A DNA stretch of 12,011 bases from Polyangiales bacterium (GTDB lineage: Bacteria; Myxococcota_A; Polyangia; Polyangiales; Houyiibacteriaceae): positions 1 to 12,011 of the forward strand of contig JBGCFM010000095.1 in NCBI GenBank assembly GCA_045106895.1. The letters run 5' to 3'. Within the stretch, counting starts at the first letter, position 1, and every line of letters begins with the position of its first letter. The position numbers and the translations under genes were made by a program. This document shows positions 1-6,922 of this stretch, piece by piece. The notes below the pieces were generated by a model. That model had not been told where the DNA came from, ran no database searches, and was given only the letters and a program-made list of their open reading frames with translations.

Positions 1-2
1 GC

Positions 3-560
3 GAGCTCAACGAAGACCGAGAAGAGCTGCTGACTGAAGCCTTCGAGCGCCCTCCCGCGGTATTGCAACGCACGCTTGAGCTCGAGGCCTCGTTGATTCC
101 CATCGCCGAAGCCATCGCAGGGCGTCCAAGCGCCATGTACCTCGGCCGCGGCGCGTTTCATGCGCTCTCTTTCGAAGGTGCACTAAAGCTGAAAGAGATC
201 TCCTACGTGCACGCCGAAGGTTTCGCCGCCGGGGAGCTCAAGCACGGGCCTTTGGCCCTGGTGGAGGACGGGACCCCCATCATCGTTTGCGCCCCACCGG
301 ATGAGAGCTTTACCAAGACGATGACGAGCATCTCCGAGACCGTGGCTCGCGGAGCCCACGTCACGCTCCTCACGCATGGCGATCAACCTCGCTCGTACCC
401 CGACGGTGCAGAGGTGATTTCTTTGCCGCTTTGCGACAACCCTTGGGCACCGATCGCTTATACCCTTCCCCTGCAGCTTCTCGCGTACCATTGCGCCGTG
501 CACCGCGGGCTCGATGTGGACCGCCCCCGCAATCTGGCGAAGTGCGTAACCGTCGAGTAA
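3..560 (+). CDS. glmS: Glutamine--fructose-6-phosphate aminotransferase, C-terminal SIS domain (5'-partial)
   Basis: Frame is open from base 3 (ELNEDREELL...). Hallmark motifs YLGRG, EGALKLKEISYVHAEGFAAGELKHGPLAL, PLQLLAY and C-terminus DVDRPRNLAKCVTVE; TAA at 558-560. Confidence 0.96.
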   Translation, partial: ELNEDREELLTEAFERPPAVLQRTLELEASLIPIAEAIAGRPSAMYLGRGAFHALSFEGALKLKEISYVHAEGFAAGELKHGPLALVEDGTPIIVCAPPDESFTKTMTSISETVARGAHVTLLTHGDQPRSYPDGAEVISLPLCDNPWAPIAYTLPLQLLAYHCAVHRGLDVDRPRNLAKCVTVE

Positions 561-608
561 GAGCGTTTCCCCCGCGCCGGATCGAACACTGAGCTTCCCG
601 CTGCGCCT

Positions 609-1058
609 TCAGCTTGAAGCTCGCTTAAGCCCGCTCGCGTGCGCCATACGAATCTTCTCTTTGAGCTCTTCTGAGGTAATCGCGCCCTTCACGACAAAGT
701 CCGTGACGATGTCCTGGTGCAAAGCGAAGTGATGCTCGTTGGGATGCTCCGAGGAACTGAACATGAGAACGACCAACGTCTCATAGGCCTTTCGAGTGTC
801 GCGAAGCGCAACCAGTCGTTCCAGGAACTCAAAGCCACCCATGCGCGGCATGTTGATGTCCAGAAGGATCACGTCGGGCGGAAAGCGCGCTCCAAACTGA
901 GCCTTATTCTCGTCAAAGTTCGACAAAAACTCGAGGGCCTCAAGACCATCACTCGCTTCGAAGACGTGGTCGCCGAGGCCAATCTTTGTGAGGTCGCGGG
1001 TCAGCAGATAGCGGTCGATTTCGGAATCATCAACGACCAAGACGGCGACGGGTTTCAC
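609..1058 (-). CDS. Single-domain response regulator (CheY-like receiver, Rcp1-type)
   Basis: VLVVDD acidic pocket, ILLDINMPRMGGFEFL with the phospho-acceptor Asp, MFSSS, FVVK. Start placed at GTG 1058, which forms a GTGA overlap with the kinase stop (1055-1057); the track start at TTG 1070 is in the same frame. Confidence 0.92.
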   Translation of the reverse strand: MKPVAVLVVDDSEIDRYLLTRDLTKIGLGDHVFEASDGLEALEFLSNFDENKAQFGARFPPDVILLDINMPRMGGFEFLERLVALRDTRKAYETLVVLMFSSSEHPNEHHFALHQDIVTDFVVKGAITSEELKEKIRMAHASGLKRASS

Positions 1059-2893
1059 GTAAGAGTCCAAGGAAACTGGACCGTGAACGACGTTCCGGCG
1101 CGTGAAGACTCGAAGCAGATTGAACCTGAAAGCGCTTCCACGTGTTTGTGTACCACGTAAAGACCCAGACCCGACCCCGCTAGGCCAGCGGGGTGAAGCG
1201 TCCGAAACATCTCGTAGATCGATTTCTCGGATCCCGCCGGAATACCTAGCCCGTTGTCTGAGACGACCAGCAGTAGCTCACTATCTGTTTCCGACACTTC
1301 GATGCGAACGAAGCGATCCTCGCGGGCGGGATCCGAATAGCGGAGGGCGTTGGAGACCAAGTTGGTGAGGAGTTGATAGAGGCGCACCTTCGAGAAGAGG
1401 TAGCTTCGCGTCGTGTTCACCTCGGTGTGGATCACAACTCCTTTGTCGACTCGGCTGGACTCAAGACTCTCGCAAATCTCGCTCACCAAGCTCTTGAACT
1501 CCACCTGCTCGCGGGTTGTCGCATCGAGGTCGCCTCGCGCGTTCTCCAGAATTCCGAGCACGAGGTCTTCCAAGGACGCGGCCTGGCGACCGATGGTCTT
1601 CAAGTCCTTCGTCGCCTGCTGGATTCGCCCCTCGACGATGTCCTCCCCGACGTAGTCCGCGAGCCGCTTGATGGTGGTCAGAGGAGCTTTGAGATCATGA
1701 GACGCGCGATACGCCAGCTGGGCGAGCTCTTCGTTCGAGCGTTGGAGTTCTTGCCGGTTGTGCGCCAACTCCGTGATGTCCCAGTTCACGCCGACCATGC
1801 GCGCGGGCTCACCCTTCGCGTCCAGCTGAACGCGAGCGATGCCGCGCATGACTTTCACCTCCCCACAGGGCCACACAACACGAAACTGTGTATCGAATCG
1901 GCTTTTCTGCTCGACCGCTTGCTGTGCAGCGGCGATGGCGGCGTCCCTATCGTCGGGGTGTAGGGCACGCTCCCACGCGACATAGGCACCATCAAAGTGA
2001 CTCTCTTCGATGCCGTGGAGCCGGTACATTTGCTCGTCCCAGATCAGCTCGTTCGTATTGAGGTCCCAGTCCCAGGCTCCGATGTGGGCGGCTTCGAGAG
2101 CAAAAGAAAGTCGTCGCCTCAGGTCGTCGTGTCGCTGCCTCGCCACCACGCTCTCGCTCTCGTCGATGATCGTTCCGTGAAAGGAGCGGAGCTTTCCGGA
2201 CAAGTCGAACTGCGGAACACTGCGAACCTCAAGGTGACGGATGTCCCCACCCACAACGATGCGGAAACTCAGCGCGGCAGGCACGAGACTCTTCACCGCG
2301 TCCGCCGTCTCACGCTGAAAACGCTCTCGGTCTTCCGAGTGAACGCGCTCCAGGCATCGCCGAAACGTGGGCGGACCCGCCGCCTCGTCGAAGCCGAAGA
2401 TGGCGTACGCGCCCGGCGTCCACTCCACCAGCTTCGTGCGCAGGGAACTCTTCCAGTGCCCGAGCTTCGCGACGCGTTCGCCCTCGAGCTGTAGGGTAAG
2501 CATCTCTTCACGCTCAGCCTCGAGGCGTTTGCGCGCGTCGATATCCTCGAAGGCGCCGTAGAGTTTGGAGACGACACCGTCTTCCACGACGACGGCGCCG
2601 ATCGCACGGACCCACAAAATGTTCCCCTGCGCCGTCAAGATCTGGAGTTCGACATCCCAGTTGACCCCCTCTTCCACCGCGCGCTGGACGTGCGCCTGGA
2701 TGATGGGGCGATGCTCCGGCACGTAGTAATCCACGGCGTTTTCGACGCGGATCGTCTTGGTCGGGTCCTCCTCATGAATCGCGTAGGTGGTCTCACTCCA
2801 CCAGCACGTTGAGGCCTGAACATCCACGGACCATGTGCCGATACGCCGGGTCTGTTCGAGCAAGGCCAGGATTCGCTTGTCACCGGTGAGCAC
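1055..2893 (-). CDS. Soluble sensor histidine kinase: 3 PAS/PAC domains + HisKA + HATPase
   Basis: Three PAS-like units (IGTWSVDV..WWSETTYAIH; LGHWKSSL..EWTPGAYAIFG..VHSEDR; IGAWDWDL..WDEQMYRLHG..LHPDDR). H-box AYRASHDLKAPL, N-box NLVSNALRY, G1 VSDNGLGIP, G2 GSGLGL. No hydrophobic TM segment seen. Confidence 0.94.
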   Translation of the reverse strand: MLTGDKRILALLEQTRRIGTWSVDVQASTCWWSETTYAIHEEDPTKTIRVENAVDYYVPEHRPIIQAHVQRAVEEGVNWDVELQILTAQGNILWVRAIGAVVVEDGVVSKLYGAFEDIDARKRLEAEREEMLTLQLEGERVAKLGHWKSSLRTKLVEWTPGAYAIFGFDEAAGPPTFRRCLERVHSEDRERFQRETADAVKSLVPAALSFRIVVGGDIRHLEVRSVPQFDLSGKLRSFHGTIIDESESVVARQRHDDLRRRLSFALEAAHIGAWDWDLNTNELIWDEQMYRLHGIEESHFDGAYVAWERALHPDDRDAAIAAAQQAVEQKSRFDTQFRVVWPCGEVKVMRGIARVQLDAKGEPARMVGVNWDITELAHNRQELQRSNEELAQLAYRASHDLKAPLTTIKRLADYVGEDIVEGRIQQATKDLKTIGRQAASLEDLVLGILENARGDLDATTREQVEFKSLVSEICESLESSRVDKGVVIHTEVNTTRSYLFSKVRLYQLLTNLVSNALRYSDPAREDRFVRIEVSETDSELLLVVSDNGLGIPAGSEKSIYEMFRTLHPAGLAGSGLGLYVVHKHVEALSGSICFESSRAGTSFTVQFPWTLT

Positions 2894-2943
2894 GAGGAGA
2901 GTATACGTCTTTCCGAAGCGAAACTGATGCCGGGGGGCTTAAC

Positions 2944-2975
2944 GAAAAAAGCCGGACCCAAGGCCCGGCTTTTTC
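2944..2975 (-). terminator. Intrinsic terminator after rpmA, probably bidirectional
   Basis: Minus strand reads GCCGGGCC-TTG-GGTCCGGC followed by TTTTTT, just downstream of the rpmA stop. A T-run follows the stem on the plus strand too. Confidence 0.88.
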
Positions 2976-2993
2976 TGTAGCGAATCTTGAGTG

Positions 2994-3257
2994 CTACTCA
3001 GCAGCGTCGGCGTACACGGCGATGCGCGTGCGGTTCTTGCCAACGCGCTCGAACTTCACGGTGCCGTCGATGCGAGCGAAGAGCGTGTAGTCCTTGCCGA
3101 TGCCAACGTTCTCGCCAGCCTTCACGGTAAGTCCGACCTGGCGCACAAGAATGCTGCCGCCTCGGACCTTTTCGCCGCCGAACTTCTTAACGCCGCGGTA
3201 CTGCGGGTTTGAGTCGCGACCGTTACGGGTTGAGCCCTGTCCCTTTTTATGAGCCAT
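2994..3257 (-). CDS. rpmA: 50S ribosomal protein L27
   Basis: [24 protein letters not shown]...GSILVRQ...[22 protein letters not shown]; directly follows rplU. Confidence 0.99.
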   Translation of the reverse strand: MAHKKGQGSTRNGRDSNPQYRGVKKFGGEKVRGGSILVRQVGLTVKAGENVGIGKDYTLFARIDGTVKFERVGKNRTRIAVYADAAE

Positions 3258-3266
3258 GCTTTATCC

Positions 3267-3575
3267 TCAGGCGCTAACGCCGGTGATGCGCAGCTCTGTG
3301 AAGGGCTGGCGGTGTCCATTCTTACGGCGGTAGTTCTTCCGCTTCTTCATTTTGAAGACGATGATTTTCTTGCTGCGGTCCTGCGCGGTGATCTTAGCGC
3401 TAACCGTGGCGCCCTTGACGAAGGGTGCGCCGATGGTGGGGCTGTCGCCGCCAACCATAAGGACCTCATCGAGGGTCAACGTGGAACCCACGTCGCCGGG
3501 GAGTTTTTCAACGCGAAGGGTGTCGCCTTCGCTGACGCGATATTGCTTACCGCCGGTCTTGATCACTGCGTACAT
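3267..3575 (-). CDS. rplU: 50S ribosomal protein L21
   Basis: [18 protein letters not shown]...[30 protein letters not shown]. Confidence 0.99.
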   Translation of the reverse strand: MYAVIKTGGKQYRVSEGDTLRVEKLPGDVGSTLTLDEVLMVGGDSPTIGAPFVKGATVSAKITAQDRSKKIIVFKMKKRKNYRRKNGHRQPFTELRITGVSA

Positions 3576-3660
3576 GGTCTGCTCGTTCTCTCTGTTTTCC
3601 GGTGCTTAAAGCACGATTGAACACGTGCTTTTGCCTGCTTTGAATCGCCAGGCGATCGGG

Positions 3661-3696
3661 GGAGGCGCAGTGTATGGGCCGGCGAGGCCTTCGCAA
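3661..3696 (-). promoter_or_regulatory. Putative sigma70 promoter of rplU-rpmA with GC-rich discriminator
   Basis: Minus strand TTGCGA (3696-3691), 16-nt spacer, TACACT (3674-3669), then GCGCCTCC. A 16-bp spacer and GC-rich discriminator are typical of stringently controlled translation-machinery promoters. Confidence 0.6.
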
Positions 3697-3753
3697 GTCG
3701 AAATGATCCGATTCGATACAGCTCGCGGCGACACACCCACTAACACCCCGTAA

Positions 3754-4461
3754 TTACTTATCTTTATTCCTGCGCTTCTTCACCGGCGCTTCTTCGACTC
3801 GACGCGCGGATCGAGGGGGCTCCTCCGTCGGCGCTCGATCTTGGACTAGCGGCGACATTCGGCGACCCGCGAAGTAGAGAACTTCCGGCGCCTCGTCGAC
3901 ATTCACCTGGAAGAAGAGTTCGCCGTCGATCTCTCGGATCCGAAGGATGCCTTCCGCTTCGATGGCCCCGGCCGCAGCCCGGAGCCAAATGGCGATGATC
4001 TCGTCACTCAATGGCGTGAGGTCGCGGCCTTCGCCCTCTGCATGACGCCGAGCCGCTTCGCGTGCCTCGTCCACGTTCATCTCGAGGACGTTCTCCACGT
4101 AGCTCGCGAAGGAGGTGAGGCTGTCCCCGCGCCAGAGCTTGAGCCAAAGAACCTCGGCCATGGTGCGGTCGAAGTACGCGGCGGCTTTGGGCTCGGCGGC
4201 GGCGGCGGCGGCGGAAGCGTGGAGGCGCTCCGAGTAGTCGCTGAGGACGATGCGGGCGTCTCGATTGGCCACACCGGCGATCAAGAACACGGGCCTGGGA
4301 TCATTGATCCGCGGCCCCCGTGGCGGACGCGATGGGCGAAAGCGCTTGTCGTCGCCTCGAGCGAAACGCTCAAGATCGGGAGAGAGGCGCTTGCGATCGC
4401 CCTCGCCTTTCTTTCGGCGAGTGATCTTTCCCGCCTCGGGCTCTGGGCGCTTTTTGGTCAC
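3754..4461 (-). CDS. Hypothetical protein with Lys/Arg-rich termini and a helical core
   Basis: 235-aa ORF filling the gap, starting at GTG 21 bp after the kinase stop, on the same strand as its neighbours, with protein-like composition in the core. Confidence 0.8.
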   Translation of the reverse strand: MTKKRPEPEAGKITRRKKGEGDRKRLSPDLERFARGDDKRFRPSRPPRGPRINDPRPVFLIAGVANRDARIVLSDYSERLHASAAAAAAEPKAAAYFDRTMAEVLWLKLWRGDSLTSFASYVENVLEMNVDEAREAARRHAEGEGRDLTPLSDEIIAIWLRAAAGAIEAEGILRIREIDGELFFQVNVDEAPEVLYFAGRRMSPLVQDRAPTEEPPRSARRVEEAPVKKRRNKDK

Positions 4462-4482
4462 GGTTGTGCTTTCGGTTTCGGG

Positions 4483-6777
4483 CTAGAGGCTCGAGAGAGC
4501 CCGCTGCGCGGAAGTGTTGTTCGGATTGAGAGCGAGCGCACGTTGGTAAGCCTGACGAGCGCCGTTTGCGTTGCCAGCGGATCGAAGCGCATGTCCAAGG
4601 CTCGTGAAGAAACCTGAGCTTCGTGGGCTGAGGGTGACGGCACGCTGATAGGCCTGGACTGCGCCGTTGTGATTGCCCTGGCGTGTTCGCGCGGCGCCAA
4701 GACCCGCCCAAGAACCAGCGTGACGCGGGTTGAGAGAGGTCGCGCGCAAGTACGCTTGTTCCGCCGCGGCAGCGTCGCCTCGTTGGAATGCAGCGCGGGC
4801 AGCTTCACGTGCCTGGTCGAAGGCGCTGCCGCTCATGGAGGACATCGTCGACATCGTCGACATCGTCGACATCGTTCGGGGACGTGTCGTCATCGCCGAG
4901 GAGTCCATGCTGGCAGCCTCAGCGGCGGCAGCGGCGGCTTCGGCAGCGGCAGCTTCGGCGGCGGCAGCTTCGGCGGCGGCAGCTTCGGCGGCGAGAGCTT
5001 CGGCGGCGGCAGCTTCGGCGGCGAGAGCCTCGGCGGCGAGAGCTTCAGCAGCCAACGCCTCCGCGGCATCGGTCTGGTCGACGGGCTCTTCCGCCGACGG
5101 CGTCGTCTCTGCGGGAGCCGTTCCGTTCGTACCTTCGTTCGCCGGCGCCGTGGGCGTCGTCGGGTTCGGGGCCGCTGGGGTCGAAGTTGTCGGCGCGGGC
5201 GGCGTAGACGATGCGACGGTGTCGTCGTCTTTGCTCATCAAGAAACCAACGATGACGATGGCACCCACCATGAACATGGCGGCGGCGGCCATCATGTAGA
5301 GCCCGCCCTTCGACTTCTCCGCAGGCTCGGCGACGGCGGCGACGGGCGCAGCGGCAGCGGGCGCGGCGACCACGGCAGCCGCGGCTTTCTTTGGCGGAGG
5401 TGCGGGCTCTTCTTCGACGATCTGCATCGCGTCGAGGGGCTGCGTCTTGTCCGGCGATGGCTTGCCAGAGCTCGCCGCAGCGGCCTTCGCCTTGGCCTTC
5501 TTTGACTTCCCCTTCTTGGACTTGCCCTTCTTCCCAGACGACTTTTCGGCAGGGGGTGCGGGGGGAACCGAAGCTGCAGCCGGTCGCTCAGACGGCGCAG
5601 GGGGCGGCGTCGACGCGGCGGCTTCCGATGGAACAGCCGCCGGCGCAATGGAGGACGGAGGCGCCGAAGGACGGACGGATTCGGGCGGCGGCGGTGGCGT
5701 GGTGCTCGGCCGTGGTGCCCGACCCTCCTCGATGATGTCCGAGAGCTGAACTTGTTGGGTCTTGTCCGGGTTGCGCGCCTTGGCCTTCTCGGCTGCAGGC
5801 TCTTCGGCTGGCTCTTCGGCTGCCGCTTCCTGCTCTGGCTCTGGCTCTGGCTCTGGCTCCGGCGCCATGCTCGGAGGCTGTGGTGGCGCCATGCTCGGCG
5901 GCGGCGGCGGAGCCGAGCCTTGAACAGGCATCCCAGGGAGCGTGCGCCTTGGGTCGATGGCTTCGCCGGACGATCGCAGGGCTTCCGGGAGAAACGGGTC
6001 GAGTTCTTTGTGGACGGCGCCGGCGGAGACCGGACGGTTGCGTGGACGCTTGTCCAAAAGGCTCACGATGAGTTCGCGAACCGGCTCGGGCAGCGTGTCG
6101 GGTGCCGCTGGCGGGTCGTCGACCATGTGCGCGTCGAGGACCGTGCCCGTGTCACCTTCGAAGGGAGGCTTTCCGGCGGCGGCTTCGAAGAGAATGCAGC
6201 CAAGCGCGTAGAGGTCGGAGCGGAAGGAGACGAGCTTGCCCTTGGCCTGCTCTGGCGAGAGGTAGGCGGGCGTACCGAAGAGGTCGAAGACCTCGTCGTG
6301 CTCAAAGGGAGCGGCGATGCCGGCGTCGAAAGCGACAACCCGGCCGCCCTTCTGAAGCACGATATGCTCAGGCTTCAGGTCGCGGAAGAGCAGACCCGCG
6401 CGATGGAGTTCGTCGAGGCCTGCGGAAAGCTGCGCGGCGATGGCAATGGCTTCGCTCGACGGGAGCGAACCACGCTCGAGCCGTTCGCGAAGAGTCTCGC
6501 CTTCAAGCTCTTCGCGGAAGAGCCAGAGCGTGTTGCCCGTCTCGCCCGTCGCGATGGGGAGCGCGAGGTTCTCGTGGACAAGCGTGGCTTGTTTGGTCAG
6601 CTCACGCTTCAGGCGCTGTCGTTCAGACGAACTTCCGGCGACGCTCTGGGAGAGCACCTTGAGCCAGCCGCCGCGTCCCGAGTTCTTCTCGGTGGCCTTC
6701 CAGATGTGACCGCTCGCTCCTTCGCGGGGGTCGCCATCAACATCAAATCGTTCTTGGAGGTCGGAAGGTAGGTCCAT
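4483..6777 (-). CDS. Transmembrane Hanks-type Ser/Thr protein kinase (atypical motifs) with C-terminal TPR repeats
   Basis: N-terminal kinase motifs EGASGHIWKA, WLKVL, HEN, FRDLKPEH, DAG, GTPAYLSPEQ, SDLYALGCILFE..GKPPF. Then a Pro/Ala linker, one TM (LYMMAAAAMFMVGAIVIVGFLM), a Thr/Pro and EAxAA stalk, and TPR units (AYLRATSLNP, AYQRAVTLSP, AYQRALALNP). Confidence 0.92.
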   Translation of the reverse strand: MDLPSDLQERFDVDGDPREGASGHIWKATEKNSGRGGWLKVLSQSVAGSSSERQRLKRELTKQATLVHENLALPIATGETGNTLWLFREELEGETLRERLERGSLPSSEAIAIAAQLSAGLDELHRAGLLFRDLKPEHIVLQKGGRVVAFDAGIAAPFEHDEVFDLFGTPAYLSPEQAKGKLVSFRSDLYALGCILFEAAAGKPPFEGDTGTVLDAHMVDDPPAAPDTLPEPVRELIVSLLDKRPRNRPVSAGAVHKELDPFLPEALRSSGEAIDPRRTLPGMPVQGSAPPPPPSMAPPQPPSMAPEPEPEPEPEQEAAAEEPAEEPAAEKAKARNPDKTQQVQLSDIIEEGRAPRPSTTPPPPPESVRPSAPPSSIAPAAVPSEAAASTPPPAPSERPAAASVPPAPPAEKSSGKKGKSKKGKSKKAKAKAAAASSGKPSPDKTQPLDAMQIVEEEPAPPPKKAAAAVVAAPAAAAPVAAVAEPAEKSKGGLYMMAAAAMFMVGAIVIVGFLMSKDDDTVASSTPPAPTTSTPAAPNPTTPTAPANEGTNGTAPAETTPSAEEPVDQTDAAEALAAEALAAEALAAEAAAAEALAAEAAAAEAAAAEAAAAEAAAAAAEAASMDSSAMTTRPRTMSTMSTMSTMSSMSGSAFDQAREAARAAFQRGDAAAAEQAYLRATSLNPRHAGSWAGLGAARTRQGNHNGAVQAYQRAVTLSPRSSGFFTSLGHALRSAGNANGARQAYQRALALNPNNTSAQRALSSL
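4841..4876. repeat. 9-bp tandem repeat GACATCGTC x4 (in frame, Thr-Met-Ser units in the kinase)
   Basis: Three exact copies plus GACATCGTT, read directly. Confidence 0.9.
4937..5056. repeat. 15-bp tandem repeat GCTTCGGCGGCG(GCA/AGA), about 8 copies (EAAAA/EALAA pentapeptides)
   Basis: Units start at 4937, 4952, 4967, 4982, 4997, 5012, 5027 and 5042 (last one degenerate). Confidence 0.9.
5833..5862. repeat. 6-bp tandem repeat CTCTGG x5 (Pro-Glu repeat)
   Basis: Four exact copies plus CTCCGG; encodes PEPEPEPEPE on the minus strand. Confidence 0.85.
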
Positions 6778-6922
6778 GGGGCGTTCTCAAGGTTTGCCGC
6801 CTCCGTGAATAACGGGGGGCGGCGGGGAAACTAGTGGCCAGCCCGGTCCAAAGCAACTGGCCGGGCAGAACTAAATGAATGGGGCTCGCTGAATAGACGG
6901 GCCGGATCGGCTCGTGGTCTCG

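Noticed and set aside
564..590. GTTTCCCCCGCGCCGG resembles the start of a type I-E CRISPR repeat
   Set aside because: Single copy, missing the complementary GGGG arm, no spacers and no cas genes.
561..608. Tn7-like element inserted at attTn7 downstream of glmS
   Set aside because: No TGT-starting end or TnsB-site repeats in the 48-bp gap, and no tns genes in the window. The site appears unoccupied.
3258..3266. Missing prp/ysxB gene between rplU and rpmA
   Set aside because: Expected: L27 starts MAHKK with no N-terminal extension, so no Prp protease is needed.
4841..5056. Tandem repeats as a CRISPR or other non-coding array
   Set aside because: Units are contiguous with no spacers, are multiples of 3, and lie in frame within the kinase.
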